From Candidatus Nomurabacteria bacterium (GTDB lineage: Bacteria > Patescibacteriota > Minisyncoccia > Phycocordibacterales > UBA5272), in assembly GCA_003518045.1 (NCBI GenBank), contig DOZK01000020.1:19292-76688 (forward strand): a DNA stretch of 57,397 nucleotides, given 5' to 3'. The first letter of the stretch is position 1. Each line of letters begins with the position of its first letter. The notes under the pieces were generated by a model. The model worked only from the letters and a program-made list of their open reading frames with translations, was not told where the DNA came from and did no database searches. Shown here one piece after another: positions 56,959 through 57,397 of the stretch. The position numbers were made by a program, and so were the translations under genes.

Positions 56959-57318
56959 ATGAAAAAGATTTATAATAAATTGGTTAGGGATAAGATGATT
57001 GATATTTATAAGCACGATGTAGAAAATAAAATCAGTGCCAGCGCTTATAGTGCACGCTATATGGAAAGAGAGGAAACATTGGAAAGATTGAAAGATAAAT
57101 TACTGGAAGAAGCCCAAGAAGTTTTTGACGCATATGGAGATGAAGACAAAACACATTTAAAAGAAGAAATAGCTGATGTGATAGAAGTGGTAGATGCAAT
57201 ACTTTTCCATAACAATATTTCTCTAGAAGAAGTTTTAAAAATTCGTGATGCTAAAAAAGAAAAAAGAGGAGGTTTTGAAAAAGGCTTATACTTGGAAAGC
57301 ATAGATTACTTTGATTAG
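56959..57318 (+). CDS. MazG-like nucleoside triphosphate pyrophosphohydrolase
   Basis: YNKLVRD, KL.EE..E, EE.AD..EV, K..KRGGF. Confidence 0.85.
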   Translation: MKKIYNKLVRDKMIDIYKHDVENKISASAYSARYMEREETLERLKDKLLEEAQEVFDAYGDEDKTHLKEEIADVIEVVDAILFHNNISLEEVLKIRDAKKEKRGGFEKGLYLESIDYFD

Positions 57319-57324
57319 TGTGCT

Positions 57325-57357
57325 ACATAGGGGTACCCTATGAGGGTACCCCTATGT
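57325..57357. repeat. 15-bp perfect inverted repeat
   Basis: ACATAGGGGTACCCT-ATG-AGGGTACCCCTATGT. Confidence 0.7.
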
Positions 57358-57397
57358 GAATTGATTATAATTTCCGGGTTAATTAACATTTAGTGTT

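Noticed and set aside
1..57397. Additional remote VRs matching TR-A or TR-B
   Set aside because: Inspection of the other genes' 3' ends showed none; a blastn of each TR with adenines masked would be needed to exclude them

Overview
AT-rich bacterial chromosome segment read with the standard code. Gene content and architecture suggest a Patescibacteria/CPR (Parcubacteria-like) genome; this is an inference. Housekeeping content: 4 tRNAs, rplS, secE-nusG-rplK, pyrG, a glycerate kinase-eno-pyk-dehydrogenase operon, a dcd-folA-thyA-glyA-tmk-dut-folD thymidylate/folate cluster, argS, a T-box-controlled ileS, recO and metG. Defence content: a type I restriction-modification island after tRNA-His carrying a Shedu-like (DUF4263) nuclease, an RloA/RloB-like pair and a HicBA toxin-antitoxin pair. 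The standout is a two-cassette diversity-generating retroelement (DGR) system. Cassette B (48055-51579) has a target gene with its variable repeat (VR), a structured spacer, a template repeat (TR), avd and a reverse transcriptase (RT). avd and RT overlap head-to-head across an 11-G tract, and adding one G puts the most plausible start codons of both genes in frame at once. Cassette A (30438-31750) has its own target, its own different TR (18 of 18 VR/TR mismatches at TR adenines), the same conserved spacer and only a 5'-truncated avd remnant with no RT, so it is a candidate satellite served in trans. Several families of palindromic repeats are dispersed and nested, one inserted in frame in argS.
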